Positions 48,632 to 58,140 of a stretch of DNA of 64,000 bases are shown here, piece after piece. Origin of the DNA: a virus. How positions within the stretch are numbered: position 1 is the stretch's first letter; every line of letters begins with the position of its first letter. Below the pieces are notes generated by a model. The model did not search any database, was not told the DNA's origin, and saw only the letters and a program-made list of their open reading frames with translations. Both the position numbers and the translations under genes were made by a program. The stretch lies in the IMG/VR virus record IMGVR_UViG_3300022888_000583; one strand, 5' to 3'.

Positions 48632-48959
48632 TCCCTCTTAATAATTGACCATTGATAGATTCTTTAATACCATTCATTAAATCTTCAGTATTATTCATGG
48701 CATATCGTTCGACATCACCATCTTTAAATGGGTATATTTCCCAATATGGTTCTCCAAAATATCCCAGGTTTTCATAACAATCCAAATACACACTAACATG
48801 TGCATTTTCAAATGTAACAGCAAATCTCACTATAGCACCAGTTGATGGTGGAATAATCTTAACATTGAATTCTTCTGGAAAATTTAATGTCGGGATTTCA
48901 CTGGCCCATTTTAACCATTCCTCTTCTTGTTCAACTTTTATTCTATTTTCATTTATCAT
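48609..48959 (-). CDS. hypothetical protein (116 aa)
   Basis: ORF. Confidence 0.4.
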   Translation of the reverse strand: MINENRIKVEQEEEWLKWASEIPTLNFPEEFNVKIIPPSTGAIVRFAVTFENAHVSVYLDCYENLGYFGEPYWEIYPFKDGDVERYAMNNTEDLMNGIKESINGQLLRGSDFHGRE

Positions 48960-48963
48960 GTTA

Positions 48964-49317
48964 TTACCTATCCCGAAATTTTCTATAAATTTTCCTGATT
49001 GTTATGAAAGCAACCGGCCTCATAAAGGGGCAGTCATTTTCGGTATTGGTTGAAGGAAATCCATATTCATAATTTTTATGATAGTTATTTAGTTCCTCAT
49101 ATTTAACCCAATGAGCCCATTTATCAAATGAATCCGATCTCGCCGTATGCCAACAATCATGATCCATCGCCCACAGTCGTTCTTTTTCGGTTTTCTGGGA
49201 AGGCAAATCACATTGATCTGCCCCAGTACCCCTATACCTTCTGGTACAATCTTTACATTGTCCAGTAAAATATCCATTGTCTATTTTAGGCCGGCCCATT
49301 TCTGCAGATAGTACCAT
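48964..49317 (-). CDS. Cys/His/Trp-rich protein (117 aa)
   Basis: ORF. Confidence 0.4.
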   Translation of the reverse strand: MVLSAEMGRPKIDNGYFTGQCKDCTRRYRGTGADQCDLPSQKTEKERLWAMDHDCWHTARSDSFDKWAHWVKYEELNNYHKNYEYGFPSTNTENDCPFMRPVAFITIRKIYRKFRDR

Positions 49318-49472
49318 CCACCAGAACCAGTGAATGCCCAGTAATTGTACCCAGTAAATACCGCATACAATATAAAGGATAAATTAAATATCCCTACTGC
49401 TAAAAATGCCTGTATTGCAAAAATTCCAAATAAAATCATTAATGCAAATTGAAACCATAAATGTCCGTTCAT
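49281..49472 (-). CDS. small membrane protein (63 aa)
   Basis: Hydrophobic. Confidence 0.3.
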   Translation of the reverse strand: MNGHLWFQFALMILFGIFAIQAFLAVGIFNLSFILYAVFTGYNYWAFTGSGGWYYLQKWAGLK

Positions 49473-49637
49473 AACCTGTTATTCCTTTTTTATATATGTT
49501 TATAATTAAACCACGCGATGAGTAACCCTACCCCCGCGTATATCCAATCGCCCAAAACGATTGACAGTATAAATACTATTATTCCACATCCTGTCCCAAC
49601 ATAGGCCAGAAAATTTTTCTTAGTTTGATCCATTTTA

Positions 49638-49952
49638 TTATCCTTCCAAGATGTCAATATCTTCCGATATTCCTTCTTCGTGTAACATTTCTATGACATC
49701 ACCCTCAACTTCCATTTCATCCGCCCAGCCCCATTCGTCTGATTCAACGGCCTGTTCCGCAATTTCAATTGCGTCCTGTTCATCGTCGGCACGGACAAAT
49801 ACAGTTTCTTCACCATGCTCATAAGTAGTCTTTGTGAATCTAACCTCAACCTTATAGATAATCATATCATCATCTTCCAGTTCTTTTACTATCCGGCTTT
49901 CTCCACCAAATAAATCTGGATGCTGGACTCCAGTACTAATAACCCTTGTCAT
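49638..49952 (-). CDS. acidic hypothetical protein (104 aa)
   Basis: ORF. Confidence 0.4.
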   Translation of the reverse strand: MTRVISTGVQHPDLFGGESRIVKELEDDDMIIYKVEVRFTKTTYEHGEETVFVRADDEQDAIEIAEQAVESDEWGWADEMEVEGDVIEMLHEEGISEDIDILEG

Positions 49953-50332
49953 TATTGATCCTCTGTTTTTTCGTTTACTATTTTTTCAATTTTTTGAGAC
50001 GCATACTCTTCACCATTTTTGATTATAGCATGTGTCGTTTTACTAATAAAACTTACCATTTCCAATATCTGTGCTTCAGAATAAATTTCTTTAGCTTTAT
50101 ATGTGGCGTTTATATTCAACAAAGTTTCGGCCATATCACCCATCAGATGGGCAAGTGACAATAATTTTTTCTCAGTACCATACAGTGCCATATTTAGTGT
50201 CGCTTGATTTTTCTTCAACAGTCCGATAGTTTGTGCCATTTCAATTTTATCAGCTTTAAGGATTTCATTCATATCCTTGTAATCGTCTGCCAAATTTTTA
50301 TATTCAGTTTCTTTAGATTCAAACCAGCTCAT
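49952..50332 (-). CDS. coiled-coil hypothetical protein (126 aa)
   Basis: ORF. Confidence 0.4.
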   Translation of the reverse strand: MSWFESKETEYKNLADDYKDMNEILKADKIEMAQTIGLLKKNQATLNMALYGTEKKLLSLAHLMGDMAETLLNINATYKAKEIYSEAQILEMVSFISKTTHAIIKNGEEYASQKIEKIVNEKTEDQ

Positions 50333-50572
50333 ATACAGTCTCCATTTTATTAATAAGTATCAAGTTCCAAGTCGAAACGATACTATTATTTAGGGCTTTT
50401 TTCATACACCGGTTTGATTGATCCCCGCATACCGTGGGTAGCTTGGACAAAGTTGTTGAATTTTGTCTGAGCTTCCTTATCATTATTAGCGGATAATTGA
50501 ACTTGAGAGCCCTGACCATTAACCAAATTGTACGAAATTTTGTACAAATACTTTTTCATTTTATATTCCTTT

Positions 50573-51244
50573 TTAGTCGTCATATGATAAAATGTCATCT
50601 GAGCTATTATCTTCTTCAGTGACCATTTCTACTTTTGGTGTGTCATCGACCGATTCAATTTTTATGGAAGTAATCGTTTTCCATACCTTTCCAAACCGAA
50701 ATTGCCCATTCATTTTTTTATATGTATGGTAGCAATACCAACCGGCTAGTATGTTAATAGGTGGTGTAATCCAATTCCCAATTAATACATTCAGAACAAC
50801 ACAAAATATATTAAACCACATTAAACCAAATATCCATTTGGCCCCTTTATTTTCCAGCTTCTTCAAATCCGTATCAATTTTTTGTGTCAATGAGCCGAGT
50901 GGACTTGGTGGAGCACAAGGTACTTGTGGCCAAATACAATCCGCGTATGGTATTGGTTTCATGTGTACTGGCAATGAACTTCTATAATCGTCAAATGTCT
51001 TAAACCATGTCCAAGCGTTTGACCCTTGAATTTTAATTCTAGATTCTGCTAGAGCCTTATCATGGGTTATAATGGTAACATCAGTTGCGGTGCCTATATT
51101 TATGGCATCCTTTGCAACGAAGCAATCTATCAATAGAATAGTTGTTACTCCTTGAAGATTTAATTTTTCTATATGTTTATCCCTGAGCCTAACTGTAGTT
51201 AATCTGCTTTGGGGCATGTCTATATTTATTACATATGGTATCAT
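50573..51244 (-). CDS. hypothetical protein with C-terminal TM region (start taken at internal MIPYV, abutting the upstream gene)
   Basis: The N-terminus of track ORF 50573..51430 overlaps ORF 51246..51659 in another frame. Confidence 0.4.
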   Translation of the reverse strand: MIPYVINIDMPQSRLTTVRLRDKHIEKLNLQGVTTILLIDCFVAKDAINIGTATDVTIITHDKALAESRIKIQGSNAWTWFKTFDDYRSSLPVHMKPIPYADCIWPQVPCAPPSPLGSLTQKIDTDLKKLENKGAKWIFGLMWFNIFCVVLNVLIGNWITPPINILAGWYCYHTYKKMNGQFRFGKVWKTITSIKIESVDDTPKVEMVTEEDNSSDDILSYDD

Positions 51245-51245
51245 T

Positions 51246-51659
51246 TTAGAAATTGTTATCGTAAAATTTGATTGCAGTATCACCCATGCTAAATCTACGC
51301 CCGTGCTTATCAAACCAATGTTTCTTAGCCTTCGACCATCTGATTGTTTCCAATCGATTGTTTTCATTGGATGTGATTTTCCATTCCTGAGAATAGTTAT
51401 CAAAGTGTCCAACAAATCCACCGAGTGCAACCAACTTAGCTGGTTTAATCATTTCAGAATCCATCGCTCGAATTATTACTTTACCAGGAGTTCGTACTTC
51501 TACAACTTCCCAAGGTTCCACATCTGTATATCCACAGAAGTTAGCAAATTCTTTTATTTCGTGGCGCTTTTCATTTTCGATGTCACGTTCAATTTTCTGT
51601 TCGATTCTCATCGCTTCCATTTTTGCAGTGTGTTCTTCACGTGTCATTTTTATAGTCAT
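51246..51659 (-). CDS. hypothetical protein (137 aa)
   Basis: Track ORF. Confidence 0.45.
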   Translation of the reverse strand: MTIKMTREEHTAKMEAMRIEQKIERDIENEKRHEIKEFANFCGYTDVEPWEVVEVRTPGKVIIRAMDSEMIKPAKLVALGGFVGHFDNYSQEWKITSNENNRLETIRWSKAKKHWFDKHGRRFSMGDTAIKFYDNNF

Positions 51660-51660
51660 T

Positions 51661-51882
51661 TTAATTTTCCCTTGCTTCTACAATTAATTCGTATGGCATA
51701 ATTCCACCATCCAATAAATTTAAATTGGTTGGTCTAACTGCGTATATACAATCCCGATCAGTTAAATACATTTCTCGTAAAAATGTTATTTCCTCTGGTC
51801 TATCCATGCTGGTCAAATGGTAATAAGTACCACGTGACGTTGCTATTAAAAATAAATTCATTTCTTTTCCTTTTCTTATCAT
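51661..51882 (-). CDS. hypothetical protein (73 aa)
   Basis: ORF directly after motif copy 15. Confidence 0.4.
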   Translation of the reverse strand: MIRKGKEMNLFLIATSRGTYYHLTSMDRPEEITFLREMYLTDRDCIYAVRPTNLNLLDGGIMPYELIVEAREN

Positions 51883-51927
51883 ACCTGAAGATACAAGAAA
51901 AAAATGACAAAGTCAAGCGTTATTTTC
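51879..51927 (-). promoter_or_regulatory. copy 15 of the promoter motif
   Basis: Full consensus. Confidence 0.55.
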
Positions 51928-52243
51928 GCGAAATGGAAACTTTTATATACAAATAATTGTACTGACATTCACTATTATGTACTGGATAACACGATATTCT
52001 ATGACCGTCAACTTTTACTGGACCGTCACGCCAATGGTCATAATTATTTACCAATAACCATGCAATTCTAAACGAGTCAAATGTCCAATGTGAATTCGCT
52101 TGTGGTAATGGAATCTTTATATGGAAATCGCCGTCTAACAATTCTTCCAATTCGGCCAATCTATGATGCACGTCATTGGGCAATTGGTCATTCGCGTATT
52201 CAACCATCTGTTCTACTATTTTTTGTTTATCATTTTCTATCAT
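51920..52243 (-). CDS. hypothetical protein (107 aa)
   Basis: ORF after motif copy 16. Confidence 0.4.
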   Translation of the reverse strand: MIENDKQKIVEQMVEYANDQLPNDVHHRLAELEELLDGDFHIKIPLPQANSHWTFDSFRIAWLLVNNYDHWRDGPVKVDGHRISCYPVHNSECQYNYLYIKVSISRK

Positions 52244-52288
52244 ACCCCAAGATACAAGAAAAAAAGCACAATGTCAAGCGTTTTTTTA
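52241..52288 (-). promoter_or_regulatory. copy 16 (variant) of the promoter motif; the leftward arm of the divergent promoter region
   Basis: CATACCCCAAGATACAAGAAAAAAAGCACAATGTCAAGCGTTTTTTT. Confidence 0.5.
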
Positions 52289-52344
52289 GCCTTTTTCGCT
52301 TGACTTCTTCCTATTTATCTTGTATCTTGATACATGGAAAAGGT

Positions 52345-52413
52345 AAAATAAATGAAAATAAGCGAAGAAATCGCTTGACTTTGTCAATATAATCTTGTAT
52401 CTTCAGGTATGAG
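52345..52413 (+). promoter_or_regulatory. copy 17 of the promoter motif, plus orientation, with the extended upstream element; the rightward arm of the divergent region
   Basis: AAATAAATGAAAATAAGCGAAGAAATCGCTTGACTTTGTCAATATAATCTTGTATCTTCAGGTATGA. Confidence 0.55.
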
Positions 52414-52428
52414 AGAAAAGGAATAATA

Positions 52429-52704
52429 ATGAAAAAATTAACAATATACAATACAGAGAATTTCAACCCAGTCGGTCCTGGTACGGAATTAATAGTAGAT
52501 GAGGATACCTATCAATACGAGGTTATCGATGTGTTACGCAGTTATTTTGCAACATCCGATAGACTAAATGAATCGTATAAAGCGGTAGGAGTCCCAGTTC
52601 AATCCCACGTGGTGGCCATTGTATGGCAAGACGATGGGGTATTTCAAAAAGAATTAGACAATTGGATTAAGGTTCAATTGAGAGAATACAACCAAGGAAA
52701 ATAA
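52429..52704 (+). CDS. hypothetical protein (91 aa)
   Basis: ORF. Confidence 0.45.
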   Translation: MKKLTIYNTENFNPVGPGTELIVDEDTYQYEVIDVLRSYFATSDRLNESYKAVGVPVQSHVVAIVWQDDGVFQKELDNWIKVQLREYNQGK

Positions 52705-52705
52705 A

Positions 52706-53398
52706 ATGTCAATTTATGTATGTGGTGATGTCCACGGAACAAACGATATCAGGAAACTAAATTCCCGCAATTGGCCGGAGAAAAAAGTACTTACCAAAAG
52801 TGATACTCTTATTCAGCTTGGTGATTTTGGTCATCTGTGGACTAACGTCCCCGATAGACGAGAAAAATGGTGGATTAAATGGTTTGATGAACAACCATAT
52901 ACTACAGCCATTGTACCTGGTAATCATGAGAATTACCATAGAATTAATGCACTTCCCGAAGAGGAAAAATGGGGCGGCACTGTAAAGCGTGTTTCCAAAT
53001 CCATATTCATTCTGAATCGTGGAGAGATTTATACCATTGAGGGCAAGACATTCTTCGCTTTTGGTGGAGCACAATCTACTGATAAAGAATGGCGTGTAAT
53101 CGACGTGTCTTGGTGGGAAGATGAACTTCCTTCAAAGGCGGAAGAAGATCATGGACTGGATAGTCTGAATGCGGTTGGTAATGAGGTTGACTTCATAGTA
53201 ACCCATACAGCTCCTGCAGATGTTGTCGGGCGTTGTCTCGGCCGCTGGGATAGGTACAACGATCCAGTTTCAAATTATCTGTCATTCATTGAGGAAACTA
53301 CTGAATATGGAGACTGGCATTTTGGTCACCTCCACGAAGATAAATCATTTGGAAAATTCCATTGTCACTATAACGCTAAACCTAAGAAGATTGTATAA
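52706..53398 (+). CDS. Ser/Thr protein phosphatase-like metallophosphoesterase
   Basis: Motifs GDVHG, GDFGH and GNHEN. Confidence 0.7.
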   Translation: MSIYVCGDVHGTNDIRKLNSRNWPEKKVLTKSDTLIQLGDFGHLWTNVPDRREKWWIKWFDEQPYTTAIVPGNHENYHRINALPEEEKWGGTVKRVSKSIFILNRGEIYTIEGKTFFAFGGAQSTDKEWRVIDVSWWEDELPSKAEEDHGLDSLNAVGNEVDFIVTHTAPADVVGRCLGRWDRYNDPVSNYLSFIEETTEYGDWHFGHLHEDKSFGKFHCHYNAKPKKIV

Positions 53399-53703
53399 TG
53401 GGATTATTTGTTGAATATGTAAAATGGGGCATATCCTTTGGAATGGGCCCCGATGATGAAGATGAAATGGTTGATAAAATACAAGCCGTTGTCGATGTTA
53501 AGGGGTTGGAAGATATAGGTTGGGAATTGGACAATGTAATGGATTATTGTGAAGATGTAAAAATTGATGGTTCATACAATTATGGATTCAGTATTTATTT
53601 TCACATCAGGGGTGGAGAAGGTGGAGCTGTACAACTTATGGATGAATTTGAAGAGCACGCCAAAAATGCAGAAAAAGAAATCAGAAAGTATTTCGGTATC
53701 TAA
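53398..53703 (+). CDS. hypothetical protein (101 aa)
   Basis: ORF. Confidence 0.4.
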   Translation: MGLFVEYVKWGISFGMGPDDEDEMVDKIQAVVDVKGLEDIGWELDNVMDYCEDVKIDGSYNYGFSIYFHIRGGEGGAVQLMDEFEEHAKNAEKEIRKYFGI

Positions 53704-53719
53704 CATGGGAGATTTGAGA

Positions 53720-54064
53720 ATGAAAGCCAAATTCTTTACTGGCAAATATAAACATAAAGTAATGGTCGTGGATTACGCTTCCAGTAGAAATGTATTTATT
53801 ATACAATCTACTGGTGAAGAAATACCAACGGATCAGGGAACGATATTGCTATATGGTGAGGATACTAGAATTGTATATGACAAGACTGGTCAGACTTATT
53901 TACAAGAATTAGATCATGGAATGTGGGTAACTCCGATTCCAGTTGATTTTCCAGATACATGGGAACCAGAATCAAAGCATGGTAGGATTGTATTGGAACA
54001 TACTGCCGAAGAAGGCTTTATGAGTTTATTAAAAGATTGTGGATTTGCAGGATTTACCGGATGA
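53720..54064 (+). CDS. hypothetical protein (~114 aa; start at MKAKFF after a GGGAG Shine-Dalgarno)
   Basis: The track ORF over-extends upstream. Confidence 0.4.
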   Translation: MKAKFFTGKYKHKVMVVDYASSRNVFIIQSTGEEIPTDQGTILLYGEDTRIVYDKTGQTYLQELDHGMWVTPIPVDFPDTWEPESKHGRIVLEHTAEEGFMSLLKDCGFAGFTG

Positions 54065-54219
54065 TAGGGACTGTGTTATTAATGGCACCACCGGTCGGAA
54101 CCAAATTGCTAATAGGACAAATTATTGGAATTTCATTTTTGATAATAGTACCACTTGGAATGTGCTGGATGTTATGGACTGTCATAAACAGTAAACACAA
54201 ATCACCACTTGAAAAATAA
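54061..54219 (+). CDS. small membrane protein (52 aa)
   Basis: ATGA overlap with the upstream stop. Confidence 0.3.
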   Translation: MIGTVLLMAPPVGTKLLIGQIIGISFLIIVPLGMCWMLWTVINSKHKSPLEK

Positions 54220-54280
54220 ATGAAAATAAGCGAAAATAACGCTTGACTTTGTCAATATAATCTTGTATATTGACCTATGA
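54214..54280 (+). promoter_or_regulatory. copy 18 of the promoter motif (plus orientation)
   Basis: AAATAAATGAAAATAAGCGAAAATAACGCTTGACTTTGTCAATATAATCTTGTATATTGA. Confidence 0.55.
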
Positions 54281-54320
54281 TAAAAAAGATAGAATTTACA
54301 AATAAAATAGAGGAAAAATT

Positions 54321-55049
54321 ATGTTAAATAAACGTAAAATTGAACTTCAAATTGCAGCTCCTAAAATTAAGCGGAAGGAAATTGCCGACGCTATGGAAGA
54401 TACTTCCAATGTGATTAATCGGAATGGTTACTTCAAGCTTAATTCCAAGCGCCACGATGTCAAAGTTGGCATCCGCCGTAAGGATGGGAAATTCAAGTGG
54501 AAATTTGAAGACGGTGTAAAAGAAGCCGTAACTGAATTTCTTGGGGACATGGATATCACATATGAAGATGTGAAGTTTACAATGCCGGCGACGACATTGA
54601 GTTCCATTAAATATGGTACTGATTTTATTCTTGAAAAAATCTCTGAAGATCAGGAACAGGAATATCGTGACTTTGTAAAGAACAATGCTTTATTCGCAAT
54701 CGTTCAGGACATTCAAAAGTATTCACGAATTGTATTGGGCAAACGATACAATCTTGATATGGACTTGGTTCTAATGGGTGAAAAAATTGACAGTATTAAT
54801 GACATTCTCACAGATCGATTTATCAAAATGTGGAAACAAAATATGGGAGACAATGAGCGTAAGGCTTTGGAACTCACCATGTCATTATTTAACACTGCTA
54901 CTGAAAATGTAGAACATACATTTGAGATTTCAGTTAATAACTCAAGTCCTTCTACTTACATTTATGGGGTAGATGATAATAAAAAATCAAGTGATAAAAA
55001 AGCCGTTGTATTTGGTGACGTATCACAATGGATTACGAGGTCAATTTAA
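54321..55049 (+). CDS. hypothetical protein (242 aa)
   Basis: ORF. Confidence 0.5.
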   Translation: MLNKRKIELQIAAPKIKRKEIADAMEDTSNVINRNGYFKLNSKRHDVKVGIRRKDGKFKWKFEDGVKEAVTEFLGDMDITYEDVKFTMPATTLSSIKYGTDFILEKISEDQEQEYRDFVKNNALFAIVQDIQKYSRIVLGKRYNLDMDLVLMGEKIDSINDILTDRFIKMWKQNMGDNERKALELTMSLFNTATENVEHTFEISVNNSSPSTYIYGVDDNKKSSDKKAVVFGDVSQWITRSI

Positions 55050-55304
55050 GTGTCGCAATTTAAATTTAAGGTATTCAATGAGAGAAAACCTGAACAACAA
55101 AAGCCCCTATGGGCACCTCACCAACTAATTTCAGCCGCTATTGCTACAATAGTGGCTGGTATTATGATCATCATATCATTATTTACCATGATATCCACTT
55201 CAGCTTTATTTCCAGGATTGTATGGAATAGCTATGGGGTGGGTAATCAGTAAGTTGCCATTTTGGTTATATGGCAATTTCATAGTGCCTACACCTAATGA
55301 CTAA
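55050..55304 (+). CDS. small membrane protein (84 aa; GTG start)
   Basis: Two TM helices. Confidence 0.35.
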   Translation: MSQFKFKVFNERKPEQQKPLWAPHQLISAAIATIVAGIMIIISLFTMISTSALFPGLYGIAMGWVISKLPFWLYGNFIVPTPND

Positions 55305-55707
55305 AAATGATTGGGTCGATATTATACGGAAATCACCAGATGATGATTTAGATGATCTTATCGACAACATGGTTAAGTCCAATGAACTAACAAGAGATTT
55401 GGGATCACGGTTGGCCGACACCTTGAAGGTAGTTCGGTTAGCTCTCAAGAAATACTTCCCAAAACAATTTGATTTTTCTGTGATAAAACGATCTGTCAAT
55501 GCACAGGAAATTCTCATAGAAATAGAAATGGTAGAAGTTCCCAAAGGATTTGATACCAATTCAGAGATAGGCAGATTCAATGTAATGAATATGTCCAAAG
55601 TATTTAATGAAGTATATAAATACATCGGTTGGAATGAGCAGTATCGAGTTGAATATACCATCAAGGAAAAGAAACCTATAATTATGGTAAAAATGATATT
55701 AAGATAG
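55297..55707 (+). CDS. hypothetical protein (136 aa)
   Basis: ORF. Confidence 0.45.
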   Translation: MTKNDWVDIIRKSPDDDLDDLIDNMVKSNELTRDLGSRLADTLKVVRLALKKYFPKQFDFSVIKRSVNAQEILIEIEMVEVPKGFDTNSEIGRFNVMNMSKVFNEVYKYIGWNEQYRVEYTIKEKKPIIMVKMILR

Positions 55708-55723
55708 TATAAGGAATTAAAAT

Positions 55724-56011
55724 ATGACCCCAGGATTATGGGTATTCATTATTGCAGTTACAATAATGACCGGAAATAGAGCAATTGAAAAATCGGTGGA
55801 TTATCGAAAACGCCGAAAGCATAGTGGTGGAATTGATAGGTACGATTTAATAGCTACCGAGAAAATGATATTGGAACGTGTGGCGTTAATAACTGATAAA
55901 GTAAATGAAATGGATGTGCAGTTTGCTGACAGATTAAATGAAATAGAAAAATCTATCCCAAATACCATAAAGGATTATCACATGGAAAACATCATGGAAC
56001 AGGACGACTAA
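55724..56011 (+). CDS. hypothetical protein (95 aa) ending ...NIMEQDD
   Basis: Its C-terminal tail is shared with 60364..60675. Confidence 0.4.
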   Translation: MTPGLWVFIIAVTIMTGNRAIEKSVDYRKRRKHSGGIDRYDLIATEKMILERVALITDKVNEMDVQFADRLNEIEKSIPNTIKDYHMENIMEQDD

Positions 56012-56012
56012 A

Positions 56013-56330
56013 ATGGGTGTGTATTGTGGAAAGTGTAAGTACTACAAGCACAAATCCGGTGCATATATAGATACCGAATATAGGTGCAAAAAATTTACCG
56101 AAGAGAAAATTCACGAATCTCCAACCCAGAGAAGAGTGGAAATTATGTATGGTGACGCACAAGAAATAAATAAGGGCAATGACTGTGCAGATTTTGAATA
56201 CTCCAATTGGAGATTTATTCAGAAGCGCCGGCATCAAGCTATGAAAAAGCAGGAACAACTCAAAGCCGCTTGGGAAAGTGTTGAAGTAATTGATACTAAT
56301 GAAGAAGAATTATTGGAGGACGACAACTAA
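56013..56330 (+). CDS. Cys-rich small protein (105 aa), paralog of 60364..60675
   Basis: CGKCKY...KGNDCADFEY...IQKRRHQAMK parallels CGDCKY...KDNDCNAFRY...IKQKRRDKAIK. Confidence 0.45.
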   Translation: MGVYCGKCKYYKHKSGAYIDTEYRCKKFTEEKIHESPTQRRVEIMYGDAQEINKGNDCADFEYSNWRFIQKRRHQAMKKQEQLKAAWESVEVIDTNEEELLEDDN

Positions 56331-56656
56331 TGATGAGAAAAATAGTTATAAAAGAATACGAAATCCCAATTCAAGATGAAGTAACATTGGAACTTCCAGC
56401 CGGCTCTGATATTATCAAAGTTGGTCAGCATTTTGAACACACCGATAAATTACGGATGTGGGCGAGAGTTCCTAAAAAAATAAACGGGGTTAGGGATCAA
56501 TACACGATATATATAATAGGAACCAATGTTCTAGCTGATATGCATCCATTTGGAAAACATCTAGAAACGGTTATAACAAAGGACAACGTATGGCATATAT
56601 ATTATGTCGACGTCATAAGAAACGATTACGATGAAAGTAATATACAAGGAGAATAA
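56330..56656 (+). CDS. hypothetical protein (108 aa)
   Basis: ORF. Confidence 0.4.
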   Translation: MMRKIVIKEYEIPIQDEVTLELPAGSDIIKVGQHFEHTDKLRMWARVPKKINGVRDQYTIYIIGTNVLADMHPFGKHLETVITKDNVWHIYYVDVIRNDYDESNIQGE

Positions 56657-56657
56657 A

Positions 56658-56852
56658 ATGAAATTTTATTTAATTACATCAGCTCAGAATCCTGAGCTAG
56701 AAAACGGTCACATGAGATTTAAAACTGAAGTATACCATGGCAATCTCGCTGGGTGGCATTTAAGCCAGAACCAAGAAACAGCTACATACTTAATCAACGC
56801 TGAAGAAATTTCAGTTGATGAATATGGTCATCTGAAGAAATCTTTGGGTTAA
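56658..56852 (+). CDS. hypothetical protein (~64 aa; GGAG Shine-Dalgarno)
   Basis: ORF. Confidence 0.35.
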   Translation: MKFYLITSAQNPELENGHMRFKTEVYHGNLAGWHLSQNQETATYLINAEEISVDEYGHLKKSLG

Positions 56853-56855
56853 ATT

Positions 56856-57083
56856 ATGTACGTTGAAACAGTACAAACAACCGAGTCAATCAAATTCGAG
56901 ATTGACAATTGGATGGGTGGCCTGATTATCTCAGGTGAACAGCCTACCAAAATAGTAGTAACTCAAAATGAATGGAAGCTATTAACGGAAGGTGATTACA
57001 TCACAGTCGGACCTGACGATAGCTATAAATATGAATTCGATGAAATGTTTTACAACATTATAGTTGATACCGACGGTGACTAA
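56856..57083 (+). CDS. hypothetical protein (75 aa)
   Basis: ORF. Confidence 0.4.
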   Translation: MYVETVQTTESIKFEIDNWMGGLIISGEQPTKIVVTQNEWKLLTEGDYITVGPDDSYKYEFDEMFYNIIVDTDGD

Positions 57084-57297
57084 AATATTCGAATCCCCAG
57101 CTGGGGGCAAAACAGTCTATAGCCGAGAAGCAGGAGAATCAGAACGTACTCTTGAATCGGCTCCAGACGAATTTTGCGTAACGTGTGATACCGAGACTCC
57201 GTATAAAATAACCGACCATATTGATATGCGTCAACACTATGTAGAGGGTGCCGGTCAATTGTGTAAGGATTGTTGGGACAAAATATATGGAGCATAA
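57064..57297 (+). CDS. hypothetical Cys-containing protein (77 aa)
   Basis: ORF. Confidence 0.35.
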   Translation: MIPTVTKIFESPAGGKTVYSREAGESERTLESAPDEFCVTCDTETPYKITDHIDMRQHYVEGAGQLCKDCWDKIYGA

Positions 57298-57484
57298 ATT
57301 GAACAAAACCGATTTGGGTGGCCTTATGGATTTTATCCAAGAGCGGATGGATGAATGTGAAGTGTCTAAAAAAGAACATGACGATCTAGTATTGACCTAT
57401 GACGAATTGTTAAGAATTGGAATCGCTATCAATCAACACGTATTGGCCCACCACCTAGAGGAGGTACCAGATGTTCCACGGTAG
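57248..57484 (+). CDS. hypothetical protein (78 aa; true start may be the internal MEHKLNK)
   Basis: ORF. Confidence 0.35.
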   Translation: MPVNCVRIVGTKYMEHKLNKTDLGGLMDFIQERMDECEVSKKEHDDLVLTYDELLRIGIAINQHVLAHHLEEVPDVPR

Positions 57485-57797
57485 AGCAGTAGTAATAAAA
57501 GACGTATTAATCAATGATAAGGTTGTCCATGAAGTAGGAAAGCGTGGAAATATTACCGCTTTCTTGCCTGAACAGGAGAAGTATGCGGTTATGTTTCCCA
57601 ATTGGGGCAAGGATAATCCAGAAGCATGGGTTAATTATAGTAGTAAAAAAGATTTTGATGAATATTTTGACTATCTATATGTATGTGAGAACCATTGTGA
57701 ACTAAAATCATTGGGTAAATTAGTAACTGGAACAGAAGAAAACCCCATTAATGAGGAATATTCTAAGGAATTGGATCACGTTATCGGCACTGATTAA
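57471..57797 (+). CDS. hypothetical protein (108 aa)
   Basis: ORF. Confidence 0.4.
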   Translation: MFHGRAVVIKDVLINDKVVHEVGKRGNITAFLPEQEKYAVMFPNWGKDNPEAWVNYSSKKDFDEYFDYLYVCENHCELKSLGKLVTGTEENPINEEYSKELDHVIGTD

Positions 57798-57855
57798 TAT
57801 ATTATAACATTTTTCACTTTATAGATAGTTATATATATAGAATCAGGAGATAATT

Positions 57856-58128
57856 ATGAACATGAAATTGACAACACTGCTTAACCAAAATGGTAAGCTT
57901 GTTAATAATGATAGGTTAAAGCGCCTTACCAAAAAAGTTAAACAAGATAAGAAAAAAATCATGGGTTTGGCCGAGACATACAATTCCAAGTACAAGACTG
58001 AAATTATAGAAGGTACTAAAAAAAGGCAGTTGTTAATAGCAGCGGGTGAGAAAGAAGGACTAACCGAAGCACAAGTTATAGGATCGTCCGGCTTTTTACC
58101 CACATTGAGTACACCCATATTGAACTGA
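57856..58128 (+). CDS. hypothetical protein (90 aa)
   Basis: ORF. Confidence 0.4.
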   Translation: MNMKLTTLLNQNGKLVNNDRLKRLTKKVKQDKKKIMGLAETYNSKYKTEIIEGTKKRQLLIAAGEKEGLTEAQVIGSSGFLPTLSTPILN

Positions 58129-58140
58129 TTATTCTTCTTT

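Noticed and set aside
51290-51305. Apparent 1-nt inconsistency between the printed sequence (run of four C at 51297-51302) and the provided ORF 51246..51659 translation, which needs three C
   Set aside because: It cannot be resolved without the underlying file. It is treated as a possible homopolymer or formatting artefact rather than a biological frameshift, so feature coordinates near this point may be off by one.
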